A stretch of DNA of 63,428 nucleotides, filler included, from Octopus bimaculoides (Eukaryota), in the NCBI RefSeq assembly GCF_001194135.2. It is 6 parts of 5 records of this genome, joined end to end, with 100 filler letters (N's around TTAATTAATTAA, not from the genome) between each part and the next. Parts side by side here need not be neighbours in the genome. Positions count along the whole stretch, not along the records: positions 25,492 to 32,268 come from NC_068985.1; positions 32,369 to 49,572 come from NC_068988.1; 4 more parts are not named here. One strand, 5' to 3'. The position numbers were made by a program, and so were the translations under genes. The notes beneath the pieces are model-generated. The model was not told the DNA's origin. It worked only from the letters and a program-made list of their open reading frames with translations, and ran no database searches. Position 1 is the stretch's first letter. Each line of letters begins with the position of its first letter. Positions 26,200 to 39,266 of the stretch are shown here, piece by piece.

Positions 26200-28240
26200 T
26201 GACTGGTATGGCTAGCGTGTTTATCCCTATTATCTTATTTTTAGCATTAAGTTCAGTGTTTAATATTAGTCTAACTCTTCTGTAATACGCTCTCCTAATT
26301 TTCTCTTTCATTTCTGTAAGTTGTATTTTAGCTGTTTCTTCTTTTTCTAGATATCTGTATGGGCGGCTGTAGTCTGATTCTGTGTCTATGTCGAGTGCAG
26401 TGTTTGCAGAGCTGAATAATTTGCCTATTCTCAGTGTTACTGGCACAATTGTCCAGCCCCATGGTCATTCCGATGTCATTGCTGAAACTCAAGAATTTTG
26501 ATGAAGTTTCTCTGTTCCATGGTGCTTTTAGCGAAAAGTTTTAGGTCATTCATGTACAAGAGATGGTTATTTTTGCCCGTACTACCTACAACCCATGGTG
26601 GTATCGTTTATCAAGCTTGTTAGCGAGTCAGAGAAAGGCAGAAAAGCAGGGTTGACAGTAAGTCTCCCTGGAAAATCTCTCTTCATATGGGGTATAGGAT
26701 AGGTTTTAATAACTTGGGGGTCATTTTTTAATGTCATACTGGTTTCCGGTTTGCCATTGCATGTTTAATATATTTTAGTAGTGGTGGTGCTATCTTTATT
26801 GTGTGGAGAGATTCCAGTATCCATGAATGTGGAACACTGTCGAATGCTTTCTGGTAATCAATCCAAGTCATGTTCAGGTTTATCTTTCTCCTTTTACAGT
26901 TCTGTATAATTGCTGGGCTTACCAGAAATTGCTCCTTATAGCAATACATCCCTTTCCGGCACCCTTTTTGTTCTTCTGGTAAGACATTGTTGTTTTCCAG
27001 GTGCTTTATAAGCCGGTTATAGATGACTGATGTTAAGATTTTGTAGGATGTTGATAGGCATGTTATTGGTCTGTAATTTTGTGAGTGTACGGTGTCTTTG
27101 TTTTTGGCAATTAGCGTGGTCTGCCCTTCCAGCATCCACTTTGGTGTTGATTCTTATCAATGAATTGAACGCTGCTGCTAAGTGGTTGTGGGTACTAGTG
27201 TGGTGTTTCAACCTGAAGTTGGGGACCTTGGCTATCCCTGGAGTTTTCCAGTTGCTGGTACTCCTCAGTGTATCCATGATATCTTGACCTGTATCAGAGG
27301 GCCATATCTGTTCTTCCTCTCCTTTCCCTTACTAATCCACTCAGCATTCTTGTTCTGCTATTTTGATCTGCTCCATATTGCTTCCCAGTATGACTGAATC
27401 ACTGATGTAGGCATGGCATCTACCGATATAGTTTTTAAACACTTTCTATAAAACTCTTTTTGTGCTTATTTTGAATTCTCTATTTTGTTGGAAGTAGCGT
27501 TCCCGTTTTTCATATCGTTTTATGCGGCAAGTTTTTGCTGCTATGCCGTTTTCCTTTTACCTCCCAGGTATCTTCATTTTTTTTTATGTTGCATTATTTT
27601 GTTACATGGGCCCTTTTTTTTACTTTTCATATCTGATCCCTTTTTCTCTAATTCACAAAGTAGTGATAAGTCTTTCTTTTGTTTTTGAATTTTATTTATG
27701 ATCTTTTTCCATTTTGGGGTTTGAGATTTGGCTGGGATTTTTTTTTTTTTGCAAGGATCGAGTCTAGTTCCCCTGTATATCACTACAGCTGTTGAGTAGA
27801 TCAAGTCATTTAGTTCGTTGATATATAGTGCATCTTTTGATATGGTCATTATTACTTGTAAGGCTCTGTTGTATCTATTTATCCTTTCATAGAACTGTTT
27901 ATTTTCCTGTAGCCTGCGGAGACGTTTACGCTGCTCCATATTTATCGACTGTGTGATGTTTAGTTCTTCTACTTCTGTTATTTCTTCAGTCGGTTCGTCC
28001 CTGTCCTCGGTTATAACTTATCTGTTTCGGAGTGTGTTTTTTTGTTTGTTGCTGTTTTGAGCTTCAGTTTTCGCTTGTCTATGTGTGCTGTTGACATGCT
28101 GCGCTATTTTATTTATTTCTGGGTTGGGTAGCTGTATAGAGATTTTATTTCGGTCTAGCCTTTTATTTACTGCTTGCAATGTTATCTCTGTTGTGTTCCC
28201 TTCTTTCTTTTGCGGTGTTTTATGCGTTTTCGGAGATAAT
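26200..28240 (-). mobile_element. R4/Dong-type (RLE clade) non-LTR retrotransposon relic, RT region
   Basis: NWKTPG..PNF; NYRPITCLSTSYKILT; EEQKGCRKG; WIDYQKAFDSVPHSWIL; IFQGDLLS; LLYMNDLKLFAK; FSNDIGM..GLD; YYRRVRLILNTELNAKNKIIGINTLAIPVIRY. Multiple frameshifts. Confidence 0.9.
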
Positions 28241-28392
28241 TCAGTTCTTGTCCACTCTACAAAAGTTGCTGAGTATCTAAGTAATAATACTGCCCTAGAA
28301 TTTACAACCTTCACTAGATTCAGACCATTTAGCTTTGACTTCATTAACTTCCTCACCCTTCTGATGTACTCCTTCTCAATTTTCGTTTTCAT
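28240..28392 (-). mobile_element. Second R4/Dong-like RT-thumb fragment abutting the first element
   Basis: KEYIRRVRKLMKSKLNGLNLVKVVNSRAVLLLRYSATFVEWT is homologous to, but divergent from, the 26200-26330 segment. Confidence 0.75.
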
Positions 28393-28410
28393 TTTTATAT
28401 TTTTATCATT

Positions 28411-28812
28411 GTATTTCGCCCGTCGCTACGTTCTGAGTTCGAGTTCCGCCAAGGTCGACTTTGCCTTTCACCCTTTCGGTGTCGATAAATTAAGTACCAG
28501 TAAAACACTGGGGTCGATGTAATTGACTAGTTCCTTCCCTCCAAATTCCAGGCCTTATGCCTTTAGTATAAAGGATTGCTGTTATCATTATTATTAAAGC
28601 AACGAGCTGGCAGAATTGTTAGCATGCTGGGCAAAATGCTTAGCGGCATTTCGTCGGTCTTTCCGTTTTGAGACCCAATTCCAACGATGTCGACTTTGCC
28701 TTTCGTCTTTTCGGGGTCGATAAAATAAGTACCAGTCAAGCACTAGGGATAACATAATTGACTTACTCCCTCTTCTCGAGCTTGCTGGCCTTGTTCCAAA
28801 ATTTGAAACCAA
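28411..28812 (+). mobile_element. Two tandem SINE family A copies (28411-28575 headless, 28598-28812 full)
   Basis: Both carry GTCGACTTTGCCTTTC..TCGATAAA.TAAGTACCAG. Confidence 0.88.
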
Positions 28813-29129
28813 TATATATAGATACATAAATACGTATATAAACATGTGTATATATACACATGCAAAATAAGAGGGACTGGGCGGATTTGATTATAACGGA
28901 TGGAACAGGTTTGACTATTGGACTATCAATTAGAGCCTCAAAGTGGACGCTCGGGGCTAAACTACAGCAACAACAAAGCAATGTATATTGGGCATAGTGG
29001 TTTGGTGTGTATATTTAATGGACATCACTGGATGTCCAAACTGGCAAAGAAGGAACGAACACAAACCACGGTGACAGCAATAGAGAAAATGGTTGGAATA
29101 AAACGAAAGCAACGTTATCATTATCACCA

Positions 29130-29270
29130 ATATCCTCCTCCTCCTCCTCCTCCTCATCATCATCATCATCATCATCGTCGTCGTCGTCGTCATCATCATC
29201 ATCATCATCGTTATCAGCATCATCATCATCGTCATCGTCGTCATCATCATCATCATCATCATCTTCATCG

Positions 29271-29302
<32 letters not shown>

Positions 29303-29344
29303 GTCATCGTCATCATCATCATCATCATCATCATCATCAACGCT

Positions 29345-29375
<31 letters not shown>

Positions 29376-29408
29376 ACGCTATCATCATCATCATCATCAT
29401 CATCATCA
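29130..29408. repeat. (CCT)n(CAT)n(CGT)n microsatellite
   Basis: Direct inspection; source of the poly-His and poly-Met ORFs. Confidence 0.97.
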
Positions 29409-31229
29409 NNNNNNNNNNNNNNNNNNNNNNNNNNNNNNNNNNNNNNNNNNNNNNNNNNNNNNNNNNNNNNNNNNNNNNNNNNNNNNNNNNNNNNNNNNNN
29501 NNNNNNNNNNNNNNNNNNNNNNNNNNNNNNNNNNNNNNNNNNNNNNNNNNNNNNNNNNNNNNNNNNNNNNNNNNNNNNNNNNNNNNNNNNNNNNNNNNNN
29601 NNNNNNNNNNNNNNNNNNNNNNNNNNNNNNNNNNNNNNNNNNNNNNNNNNNNNNNNNNNNNNNNNNNNNNNNNNNNNNNNNNNNNNNNNNNNNNNNNNNN
29701 NNNNNNNNNNNNNNNNNNNNNNNNNNNNNNNNNNNNNNNNNNNNNNNNNNNNNNNNNNNNNNNNNNNNNNNNNTATATATATATATATATATATATGCAT
29801 CATTATGTCTCTTTCTCTCTCTAGATATACGAGCACACAAACACACACACACAAGCACACACAAACACACACACACACAACATATGTACGCATGTATGTA
29901 TTATGTGCATGTATGTATGTATGTTTGTATGAGTGTGTGTCTACGTACGTCCACGCGTGTGTGTATGTTTTACTTCAAAGCGAATCTCCCGCAAATAGTC
30001 AAACTGTTGCCATATATTAAATGATGCCAGTATTTCTTAAAATGCTATGTCGGAAGCTATTTCGATTCCTGCTTGATCAAAAAGCATTTACATGGGTTTG
30101 TGAACTCTGCGTTTATCTAGGTTGTAAATTAGAATTGAAGTTCTCTTGGAAAGAAAGCACGGAAAAAATTATAGGTATGGCAGTTAGAGGTGGGGGGGGG
30201 GACGATAGAATGCAAAACAAAATGGGAGTACAAAATATATTATATACCTGACAATTTTGGTTGTAAATCTACATAATATTAAAAATCGAATGTTTATCGC
30301 TTGTTTATATGTATCTTATTTTTAGACTAATCACTGCATAGTTGCGAAAAAATGTTACCCTTAAAATTAACCATTTCGAAACCTACTACACTTAGAAGCT
30401 TCAAAATTGAAAAATTTTGTTCATTTATATACCAATATATTCCTCATGATTTTTGCCTAATTTTTGATAACTAAGAAAACGAAAAGAACGTGTAGTTGTA
30501 CATGCGAAAAGCCATCCAATAAATACGTACACCTTTTATATACAAATATGTCATTCATATTCATTTATAATAAAGACACACACTCGCGCACACACACACA
30601 CACGTGCATTCACATATGTACATGCATATAACACTTAGAAAAATGACATAATATTCTTGATGACTAACAAACATTCACATGGACATGTACATACACATGC
30701 ATACGCATACACATAAACAGTCCGCTAAAATTCTGTTTACAAAATCAACGTTGTGGTATTACATAACACAAAATTCTAAATGTAATCATTTTTGGTTGGC
30801 ACCGACTTACCCTTCTTCTTACGCCTCTCCAGAAAATGTGTGCAGTTAACCACCAATGTGAAAAAGAACAGTGGTAGAGGTCTGCTCAGATCTGGTGTAA
30901 CGTTTGAAGCCATCGAAACTTAATAAATTTCAAAAACTTTATCGAAGATGCCCATTTGTCGGATAGGGAAATAATTTCTATTATGACGTGAATTCAATAC
31001 TGAATTTTGAATATAGAACATATCAGGATTGAAAATTTTGTTATATTTCTATTATGACGTCATAATCTGTTAAATTTTCTTCTGAAATATGCAACACTAT
31101 TTTCCTTTCGTCTTCACATCTTCAATTTTTCTGTAGACACCAACATCGAGTTTATAGACCGCCTTGTCTATAATCAGGCGAGCTCTGAGATATGTCACCG
31201 ATTGTATGATGAATAAGAACATAATTCTA

Positions 31230-31790
31230 CACTTACAAACAATTGACGAATTGTGTCTATTGTGTTCTGGATCTCCTGCCAACGAATTTTGAGCGAAGAA
31301 TTGCGAATACACAGAGTTGCAACAAAATTTGTGCCTTCCTTGCTCGCGGAACTTCGAAGGCAGTCACGACCGAATGCGTGCCGTGAACTGAAAGAACGGT
31401 TGGAAGTTGATCCGGACCCTTTTTCGAAGGTCATCACTGGTGACGAGAGCTGGTGCTACGGCTACGACCCGGAAACGAAGTCTATGGAGGCATTCGATGT
31501 AACCACACCACAAAAAGCGCGTCAAGTGAAATCCAACATCAAGAAGATGCTGATTTGTTTCATCGATACAAAAGGAATAGTCCACATAGAACTTGTTCCT
31601 CCTGGTCAAACTGTTAACCTGACATTTTACTTGGCAGTTCTGAAGCAGTTGCGAGACGCGGTGAGACGTAAACGCTCCGATCAGTGAAAAAGTAGAGAGT
31701 GGTGGTTTCATTACAGCAATGCACCTGTTTTTGAGAAGCTTTTGACCAAAAATGACATGACCTCGTATTGTAATGTAGTTACTCGTCACC
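31230..31790 (+). pseudogene. Mariner transposase fragment (irritans-like, tentative)
   Basis: SCQRILSEEL..VATKFVP..L; VITGDESWCYGYDPETK; KSNIKKMLICFIDTKGIVHIELVPPGQTVNLTFYLAVLKQLRDAVRRKR; decayed WWFH..NAP. No TIRs recognised. Confidence 0.9.
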
Positions 31791-31975
31791 AAGTACTGTA
31801 GTATTGCCACTATTTAAGACAATACTTATTTACACTATAACCGTTTAGTAACAATAAAATATATAACGAAGCAAGGTAACAACAACGTAACAATCCAACA
31901 AACTCTCCACGAACACTCTCTGAGTGCTCTTGTCATTATTGTTGTTGCTCTTATTATTATTATTATTTTTTTTAA

Positions 31976-32072
31976 ATTTTTATAACGTGCTTTCACTTCA
32001 CTACCGAGCGCAGCTCTGTGCGCCTTGGGTATGTGCTGTGGTTTGCTGTGGTGCTCTTATGTTTACTGTATT
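31976..32072 (-). mobile_element. 5'-truncated copy of the same Dong-like 3' UTR, flanked by (AAT)n on both sides
   Basis: 97 nt, one mismatch to 32586-32682 in reverse complement. Confidence 0.9.
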
Positions 32073-32073
32073 A

Positions 32074-32110
<37 letters not shown>

Positions 32111-32268
32111 GTGAGAGAGCAGTGCATGCCATCAAAGTGACACTGAGGTAAAATATACGAAGCCCAGTATACCCATCATGACTACCTGTCTGATAAGGGT
32201 ACACCAGGCACATGCATCACAACCATACGTGCACGACATGGTGATCTCATATCAAGATAAACAGCACA
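32111..32268 (-). repeat. Repeat 3' end with (AAT)n tail, probably another microsatellite-associated retroelement
   Basis: Non-simple sequence ending in GCACTGCTCTCTCACAT(AAT)n on the minus strand; truncated by the artificial linker. Confidence 0.5.
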
Positions 32269-32368
32269 NNNNNNNNNNNNNNNNNNNNNNNNNNNNNNNN
32301 NNNNNNNNNNNNTTAATTAATTAANNNNNNNNNNNNNNNNNNNNNNNNNNNNNNNNNNNNNNNNNNNN
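32269..32368. other. Artificial 100-bp linker
   Basis: 44N-TTAATTAATTAA-44N. Confidence 0.95.
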
Positions 32369-32720
32369 GAAATGGAAAAACTTTCAAAATACAAAGACCT
32401 GGAAATAGAGATAACTCGAATGTGGAATCTAAAAACAGAAACAATTCCTATCATAGTAGGTGCCTTAGGTATAATAAAAAATATTCAGAGAAATACATAA
32501 CAAAAACACCAGGACTTACAAATATATATAACATACAGAAAATTGCTCTACTGGGTACTGCACACATTCTACGCAAAACACTTTCAATACAGTAAACAGA
32601 AGAGCACCACAGCAAACCACAGCACATACCCAAGGCGCACAGAGCTGCGCTCGGTAGTGAAGTGAAAGCACGTTATAAAAATAAAACTACTGAACAATAA
32701 TAATAATAGTAATAGTAATA
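32369..32720 (+). mobile_element. 3' end of a Dong/R4-like LINE with (AAT)n tail
   Basis: EMEKLSKYKDLEIEITRMWNLKTETIPIIVGALGIIK..IQKIALLGTAHILRKTLSIQ* (one frameshift), then a ~100-nt 3' UTR and an AAT repeat. Confidence 0.88.
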
Positions 32721-32999
32721 TATGTGATTGCCTGTAACGGATCTCTTGTTTGATTTATGTTGTTGGTAATGTTAAATGTGTTGATCTGCGAAAACTTTTC
32801 TAGTATTTTCTGCTCAAAAATCTCTTCTATGTCTTGTTACAAGGTTGGTGGCGATCTTAAAGCTGTTGCCACTGCTGCTCGTGTTGCTGCTGCTGAAATT
32901 GATGATGATGCAGACCGTGGTAGAGAGAAGGCTGTTGTAAGTGATTTCGTTGCTTTCGTTGTTGTTGCTGTTGTTGTTTGATAATGATGATGCGGTTGA

Positions 33000-33388
33000 T
33001 GAGCAAAGTGTTAAAAGGTGGTGATAGTGATGATGATGCCGGTGGGAGTGGTGGTGATGGTGGTGGTGATGATACGGGTGGTGCTACAGTTGGTGCTCAT
33101 TATAATGGTAACGATTATTACTTGTTGTAGTAGTGGTGGTGACAGTGGTGGCTTTCGAGACGCCGACGACGATGGTGAGGATAAAGATAAATATTATGAT
33201 GATGAAGATGGTGATGATAAAATGATGCTGATAAATACGATGATGATTAAGATGATGATGATGAGTAGGAGGAAGAGGGGGAGCTGAAAGAAATGATGAT
33301 GATGGTGAAATGATGAAATGATGAAATGAGGAAATGATGAAATGAGGAAATGATGATGATGATGACGACGACGATGATGATGACGATA

Positions 33389-33464
<76 letters not shown>

Positions 33465-34350
33465 CGACTATGATGCAACTTGGTGATAACAACGGCAATA
33501 GTTTTGATTACGATGATGGGTCTGGATCTGTTTCTGCTTCTGGTTGTAGCACTAGTGATCGTGATGATGATGACGATAAGGAAAGTTCATTACGGNNNNN
33601 NNNNNNNNNNNNNNNNNNNNNNNNNNNNNNNNNNNNNNNNNNNNNNNNNNNNNNNNNNNNNNNNNNNNNNNNNNNNNNNNNNNNNNNNNNNNNNNNNNNN
33701 NNNNNNNNNNNNNNNNNNNNNNNNNNNNNNNNNNNNNNNNNNNNNNNNNNNNNNNNNNNNNNNNNNNNNNNNNNNNNNNNNNNNNNNNNNNNNNNNNNNN
33801 NNNNNNNNNNNNNNNNNNNNNNNNNNNNNNNNNNNNNNNNNNNNNNNNNNNNNNNNNNNNNNNNNNNNNNNNNNNNNNNNNNNNNNNNNNNNNNNNNNNN
33901 NNNNNNNNNNNNNNNNNNNNNNNNNNNNNNNNNNNNNNNNNNNNNNNNNNNNNNNNNNNNNNNNNNNNNNNNNNNNNNNNNNNNNNNNNNNNNNNNNNNN
34001 NNNNNNNNNNNNNNNNNNNNNNNNNNNNNNNNNNNNNNNNNNNNNNNNNNNNNNNNNNNNNNNNNNNNNNNNNNNNNNNNNNNNNNNNNNNNNNNNNNNN
34101 NNNNNNNNNNNNNNNNNNNNNNNNNNNNNNNNNNNNNNNNNNNNNNNNNNNNNNNNNNNNNNNNNNNNNNNNNNNNNNNNNNNNNNNNNNNNNNNNNNNN
34201 NNNNNNNNNNNNNNNNNNNNNNNNNNNNNNNNNNNNNNNNNNNNNNNNNNNNNNNNNNNNNNNNNNNNNNNNNNNNNNNNNNNNNNNNNNNNNNNNNNNN
34301 NNNNNNNNNNNNNNNNNNNNNNCTCCTCCTCCTCCTCCTCCTCCTCCTCC

Positions 34351-34407
<57 letters not shown>

Positions 34408-34627
34408 CCATACCAACAGTATCAGCACCAGTAATACTAACATCATCACCATCATCAGCGTGATCGTCATCATCATCATCCTCACCATCATGATCATTAT
34501 CATCAGTCAGTCGCCACACCACGGCCACCACACCGGCCACCAACATCGTTCTCATCACAGTCAATATCGTGAACAGCATGATGTTGATGATGATCATAAT
34601 CATTATTATCGTCTTATTTACCAACAC

Positions 34628-34660
<33 letters not shown>

Positions 34661-34730
34661 GATCGTCATATATTATTAACGGCATCATCATTATCATCGT
34701 CCTGGTACTCATCATCATCATCATCATAAC
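33000..34730. repeat. (GAT/GGT)n and (CCT)(CAT)n microsatellite fields flanking a 727-N gap
   Basis: Direct inspection. Confidence 0.95.
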
Positions 34731-35444
34731 ATTTTAGTTTTTTTAGATTTTGCTTACTTTCATTTTCTTTCTTTTGTGTCATCACGTACACAATTACTTG
34801 CTGCTGTCGCTGCAGTCGTTGCAGCAGCCGCTGCAGCTGCACATGCTGCCGTTGCTGCTCTCCGATCAAACAATTCTCTCTTCTTCACCAATGTCAGACA
34901 CTTTTCATATCCATCTGTTTTCCCCGTGCTAACTAAGATAAATTCATTTTATTAGTCTGTTTTGTGCAGGACGTTTCACGTACAATGTCCTATCTCTGAC
35001 ATAATCTGCGAATACGTGCGACTATGTTATGTAGCGTGTTGTTATTACGTGTATCCTGGAAACCAATATCGTTGAAGAGGGGAAATAGTGAAAGAAATTT
35101 GTCAGTAACTGAAGAAAATCTTAAACACAAGGATGACTTGCAAAATTGTGTGTGGATACGTGAACATGTGATAAATTGCAAAATACATACATACATATAT
35201 TCATACATATATAAATACATACATACAGACATACATATATACATGCATGCAAACATTATTTAAGTATATATGAGTATGTTTAGATATGCAAATATATGCG
35301 TGAGAAGATATACATAAAACAAAATATACAAATCTGCACGTATGCATACATGCATACTTATATGGACACATACATACACACATACACACATACACACATA
35401 CATTCATACATACACATATACATACATACATACATAAAACAATA

Positions 35445-35550
35445 CCCTGTTGTTGATGTTGAAATTCTAGTGAAGGAGCCTTGGATGTTGGTTAGAAAGC
35501 AGCTCTTTCTCTATTGGCAAGAAATCTTGAAAAGAAACTGAATAATGACT
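35445..35550 (+). repeat. 3' module shared with 54045-54140
   Basis: GAGCCTTG.AT.TAGGTTAGA..C.GCTCTTTCTCTATTGG.AAGAAATCTTG..A.AAACTGAA.AATGAC. Confidence 0.75.
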
Positions 35551-37694
35551 TATATNNNNNNNNNNNNNNNNNNNNNNNNNNNNNNNNNNNNNNNNNNNNN
35601 NNNNNNNNNNNNNNNNNNNNNNNNNNNNNNNNNNNNNNNNNNNNNNNNNNNNNNNNNNNNNNNNNNNNNNNNNNNNNNNNNNNNNNNNNNNNNNNNNNNN
35701 NNNNNNNNNNNNNNNNNNNNNNNNNNNNNNNNNNNNNNNNNNNNNNNNNNNNNNNNNNNNNNNNNNNTATATATATATATATATCTATGGCGTCGGAATA
35801 TTTCTGGTTCAACAATGTACATTTAGACAACGAATATATAATTCCTTTTGGTAATCGTATATATTACACACGGTACCTTACAATGCAAGGTAACCTCAAA
35901 CTGTATTTTTTACTGTGAATGATTTGCCATTCACGTCTTCCTTTGAAGTAAGTGTGACACACACCACAGGTACGTACGTACAATGACAGCGAGTTGGCGT
36001 ATTGATACTGATACTAGAAACCAAGATAATTGCATTGTTTCCTTATGTTATATTTTTGGCAGAATGAGTTTAGAAAATAATACCTATCTTGCTAAGCTTA
36101 CTATAATTTAGAGAGTAGCAGAGGAAAATATTGGTGGTGGTGGTGTCAAGATATATGAGTGCTGAGATAGTTATTCATATTTAGAAGATTTTATGCAGCA
36201 TGTAGTCTACAACCATTTAGAATTAAATCCGTTGGGATTTGTTAACTGTGTTCTAGTTGATGGTTATAAATCAATATCAGACAATCTCCCAGACCCTTAT
36301 TTTACTGGAACTATATATCTAGCTTTACTCACATGAAAGGATATGTCTCAGAGCTGCTAGTAAGAGAATGACAGATGTGGAAGGAAAGGTAGGAAAGGTA
36401 GGGGTGGTCAATACTTATTTAGATTATCGAACAAAAGGGGAATATAATAAAAAAAAACCCCAAAAGGGACAAGTAATATAAGGTCAAAGAGTAAGAAGTA
36501 GAGTTTAATGATACAAGAGGGATACGGGATGTAGTAATTCATAACTTAGCAAGTTTATTATATTAAATATAGAAAATAAATTTAAATCAATATATAAGAA
36601 AGAGATAGAAATTAAACTTAAAACCTAATAATGGAATACTTTTATATATAATAGAAAACTCATAAGACTTTTCCTAAGCATATTGTTAAGGTGGTCATGA
36701 TAAAACTATTCTACAATGAATGTATAATTGGATTTAATTATTATCTGAGTAGGAGTACATAGTATATATTAAAGCAAAACAAAGATTATAGCCTCATTAC
36801 GGGTGGATAAGTATAAGATATCGAAAATATGGAATCGAATGTAAGGGGTTATTTAATTAGAGCTATATTAGATGTATAATGGAGTACATGCAGAAGTAAT
36901 AGCTAAAACGATATGGGCATGTAATTATTTATTGAATACATGATTAAAAAATACTAAAATGAAAGAAAACAACTATTTCCGTATCTGGTGAATTTTTATA
37001 AAAAATTTTGTAAAAAATTATTTATAAATTATATGCACTAGCAAAAAGCTATCAAAGGATATAAGAATGTATAAAAATATCACATATAAAAAGAAATTAT
37101 AAAGTTTCTAAAACGTGTAATTATAAATATAAATATAATATTGTATTATATTATACAGTGAGTTTCATGAACAGAAATTATAGACAACAATCTGTACAAG
37201 CTACACAAATATATAGGCGAGTATATAAATATAGAAATATTTAATGATGTAAAATATAAAAAATGCAAAATAAAAATAGAAAGATAAAATATTTTTATAT
37301 AAATTTTTTTTCTAATAAAGGTTTTATAAAATAACGCATTTCATTGCGAATGATATAAACCGTATATCAAAAAATTAAAAAAATGAGGATAAGTCACGAT
37401 GTGCATATCAAATACTAATTAAAGAATAAATTAAGATAAAGATACCTTCGAAAATGGATTTATAAAATATTTATAAAATATATCTCAGACGCTGATTTAT
37501 GTAGAATAATAACAGTTCCTAGGGGGAACTATTATATTATAACTATTAGGGAAGAAAATCCCAATATCGAAAGGGAATATACGTAATATAAATATTGAAG
37601 AATTGCAGATTAAAATGATTAAGGGTTATTAGAGAGTAATACGACATATATTTCTAGATAAGAGAGCGTATGCTATACACTCCGTATAACTCTG

Positions 37695-37731
<37 letters not shown>

Positions 37732-38309
37732 NNNNNNNNNNGATTATATATATATATGTGTGTGTCTGAATATATTTATATATACAGAGGGAGAGAGAGA
37801 GAGTGAGAGAGAAAGAGAAAGAAAGAGAGAGAGAGAGAGAGAGAAAGAGAAAGAAAGAGAGAGAGAGAGAGAGTGAGAGAGAGAGAGAAAGAGCTATAAT
37901 CTACTGTGATATAAAGTAGATCCGACTATGATTGAATTATATCTAGCTTTGTCTTCTGTAGTTTATGGAAATAAATAGAATTATTAAATGGTACACATGG
38001 ACTGAAATGCTTATTTCCTGGCTATTATTTCCAGTTAGGTTAATCCACGTAGCCAGCTTCCTAATTTCTAATTAATGTTTTAATAACATATGCATTGTAT
38101 ATGCTTATGTGAATATTTACTAAGTTAGGGAGGCTGTCGTACAACAGAACTGAAGAATTAGATAAATGAGATTAGCCAGTGAAATTTTGGTGTAAGCCTT
38201 TTGTGATTGGAGTGGCAAACGTAAGGACACGTTACTATGAATATACTTGTTTGTAACGTTGTGAACTGAGTGGACTCGGGTGAAAGTAAGTATGTGTTAT
38301 GCAATATTG

Positions 38310-38712
38310 ATTTCAAATTTTCGTAGGAGGCCAGGAATTTCGGCGAAGAGGGCAAGTCGATTATGTCGACTCCAGTACTCAACTAGTACTTATTTTATCG
38401 ATCCGAAAGTGATGGGAGGCAAAGTCGACCATTTTGAAATTTTAACTCAGAAGTTTAAGACGGACAGAATGCCGCTAAGCAATTAGACCGGCATGCTAAA
38501 AATTCTTTTCTACTCTAAGCACAAGGCCCAAAATTTTGGGGGAGGGGTAGTCGATTAGATCGACGCCAGTACGCAAGTGGTACTTAATTTATCGATCCCG
38601 AAAGATAAAAAGCAAAGTCGACCTCGGTGGAATTTGAATTCAGAACGCAGCGGCAGACGAAATACGGTTAAGCATTTCGCCGGGAGTGTTAATGATTCTG
38701 CCAGATCGCTGC
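38310..38712 (-). mobile_element. Two tandem SINE family A copies
   Basis: 38310-38505 and 38515-38712, each with CTGGTACTTA.TTT.TCGATCC and GGCAAAGTCGACC-like blocks. Confidence 0.88.
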
Positions 38713-39234
38713 TTTCATGTGTTACATATTATTGATAATGAAATGGATTTGTAACTACGTTAGGTTGTATCATAGGCAAGAAAATTAAGAAGGTGGAGAC
38801 AGATGGCAAGACGTAGGGAAAAAGAGAGAGAGGACGAGAAAGCAAGTGAGAGTGAGGGGGAGAGAGAGAGAGAGAGAGCGATCGACTTTTGTAAAGGTAT
38901 GTGTGGTCTAAAAAAAAAATTCCTTTAACCTGCGACCATGCTGGGGCCAAATTCTCAAAGGTTTTTTCAGTTATATGAACCTGGATATTCCCATATAGAA
39001 TTTAGTCTTTCGTATCATTTTTATTGAATTCTCACGTTACACTAAAGTGTAGACATATATACGGGCTCGAAAAAAAAGAAAAAAAAGGACAAGTTACCAG
39101 AGATATACGTGCACACATTCACATAGATGTTACTATAGAAAATAGTTGTCTAAATTAACTAGTGGGATAAAAAATAATGTCATATTACCGTGAAAAGAAC
39201 AGTGTGACCATATAACTATGCCTGTAACTACGTG

Positions 39235-39266
<32 letters not shown>

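Noticed and set aside
31976-32682. Apparent inverted repeat of the Dong-like 3' UTR
   Set aside because: The two copies lie on opposite sides of an artificial linker.
36060-37660. NUMT explanation for the AT-rich block
   Set aside because: No mitochondrial protein, rRNA or tRNA motifs recognised, and TAA/TAG stops persist under the invertebrate mitochondrial code.
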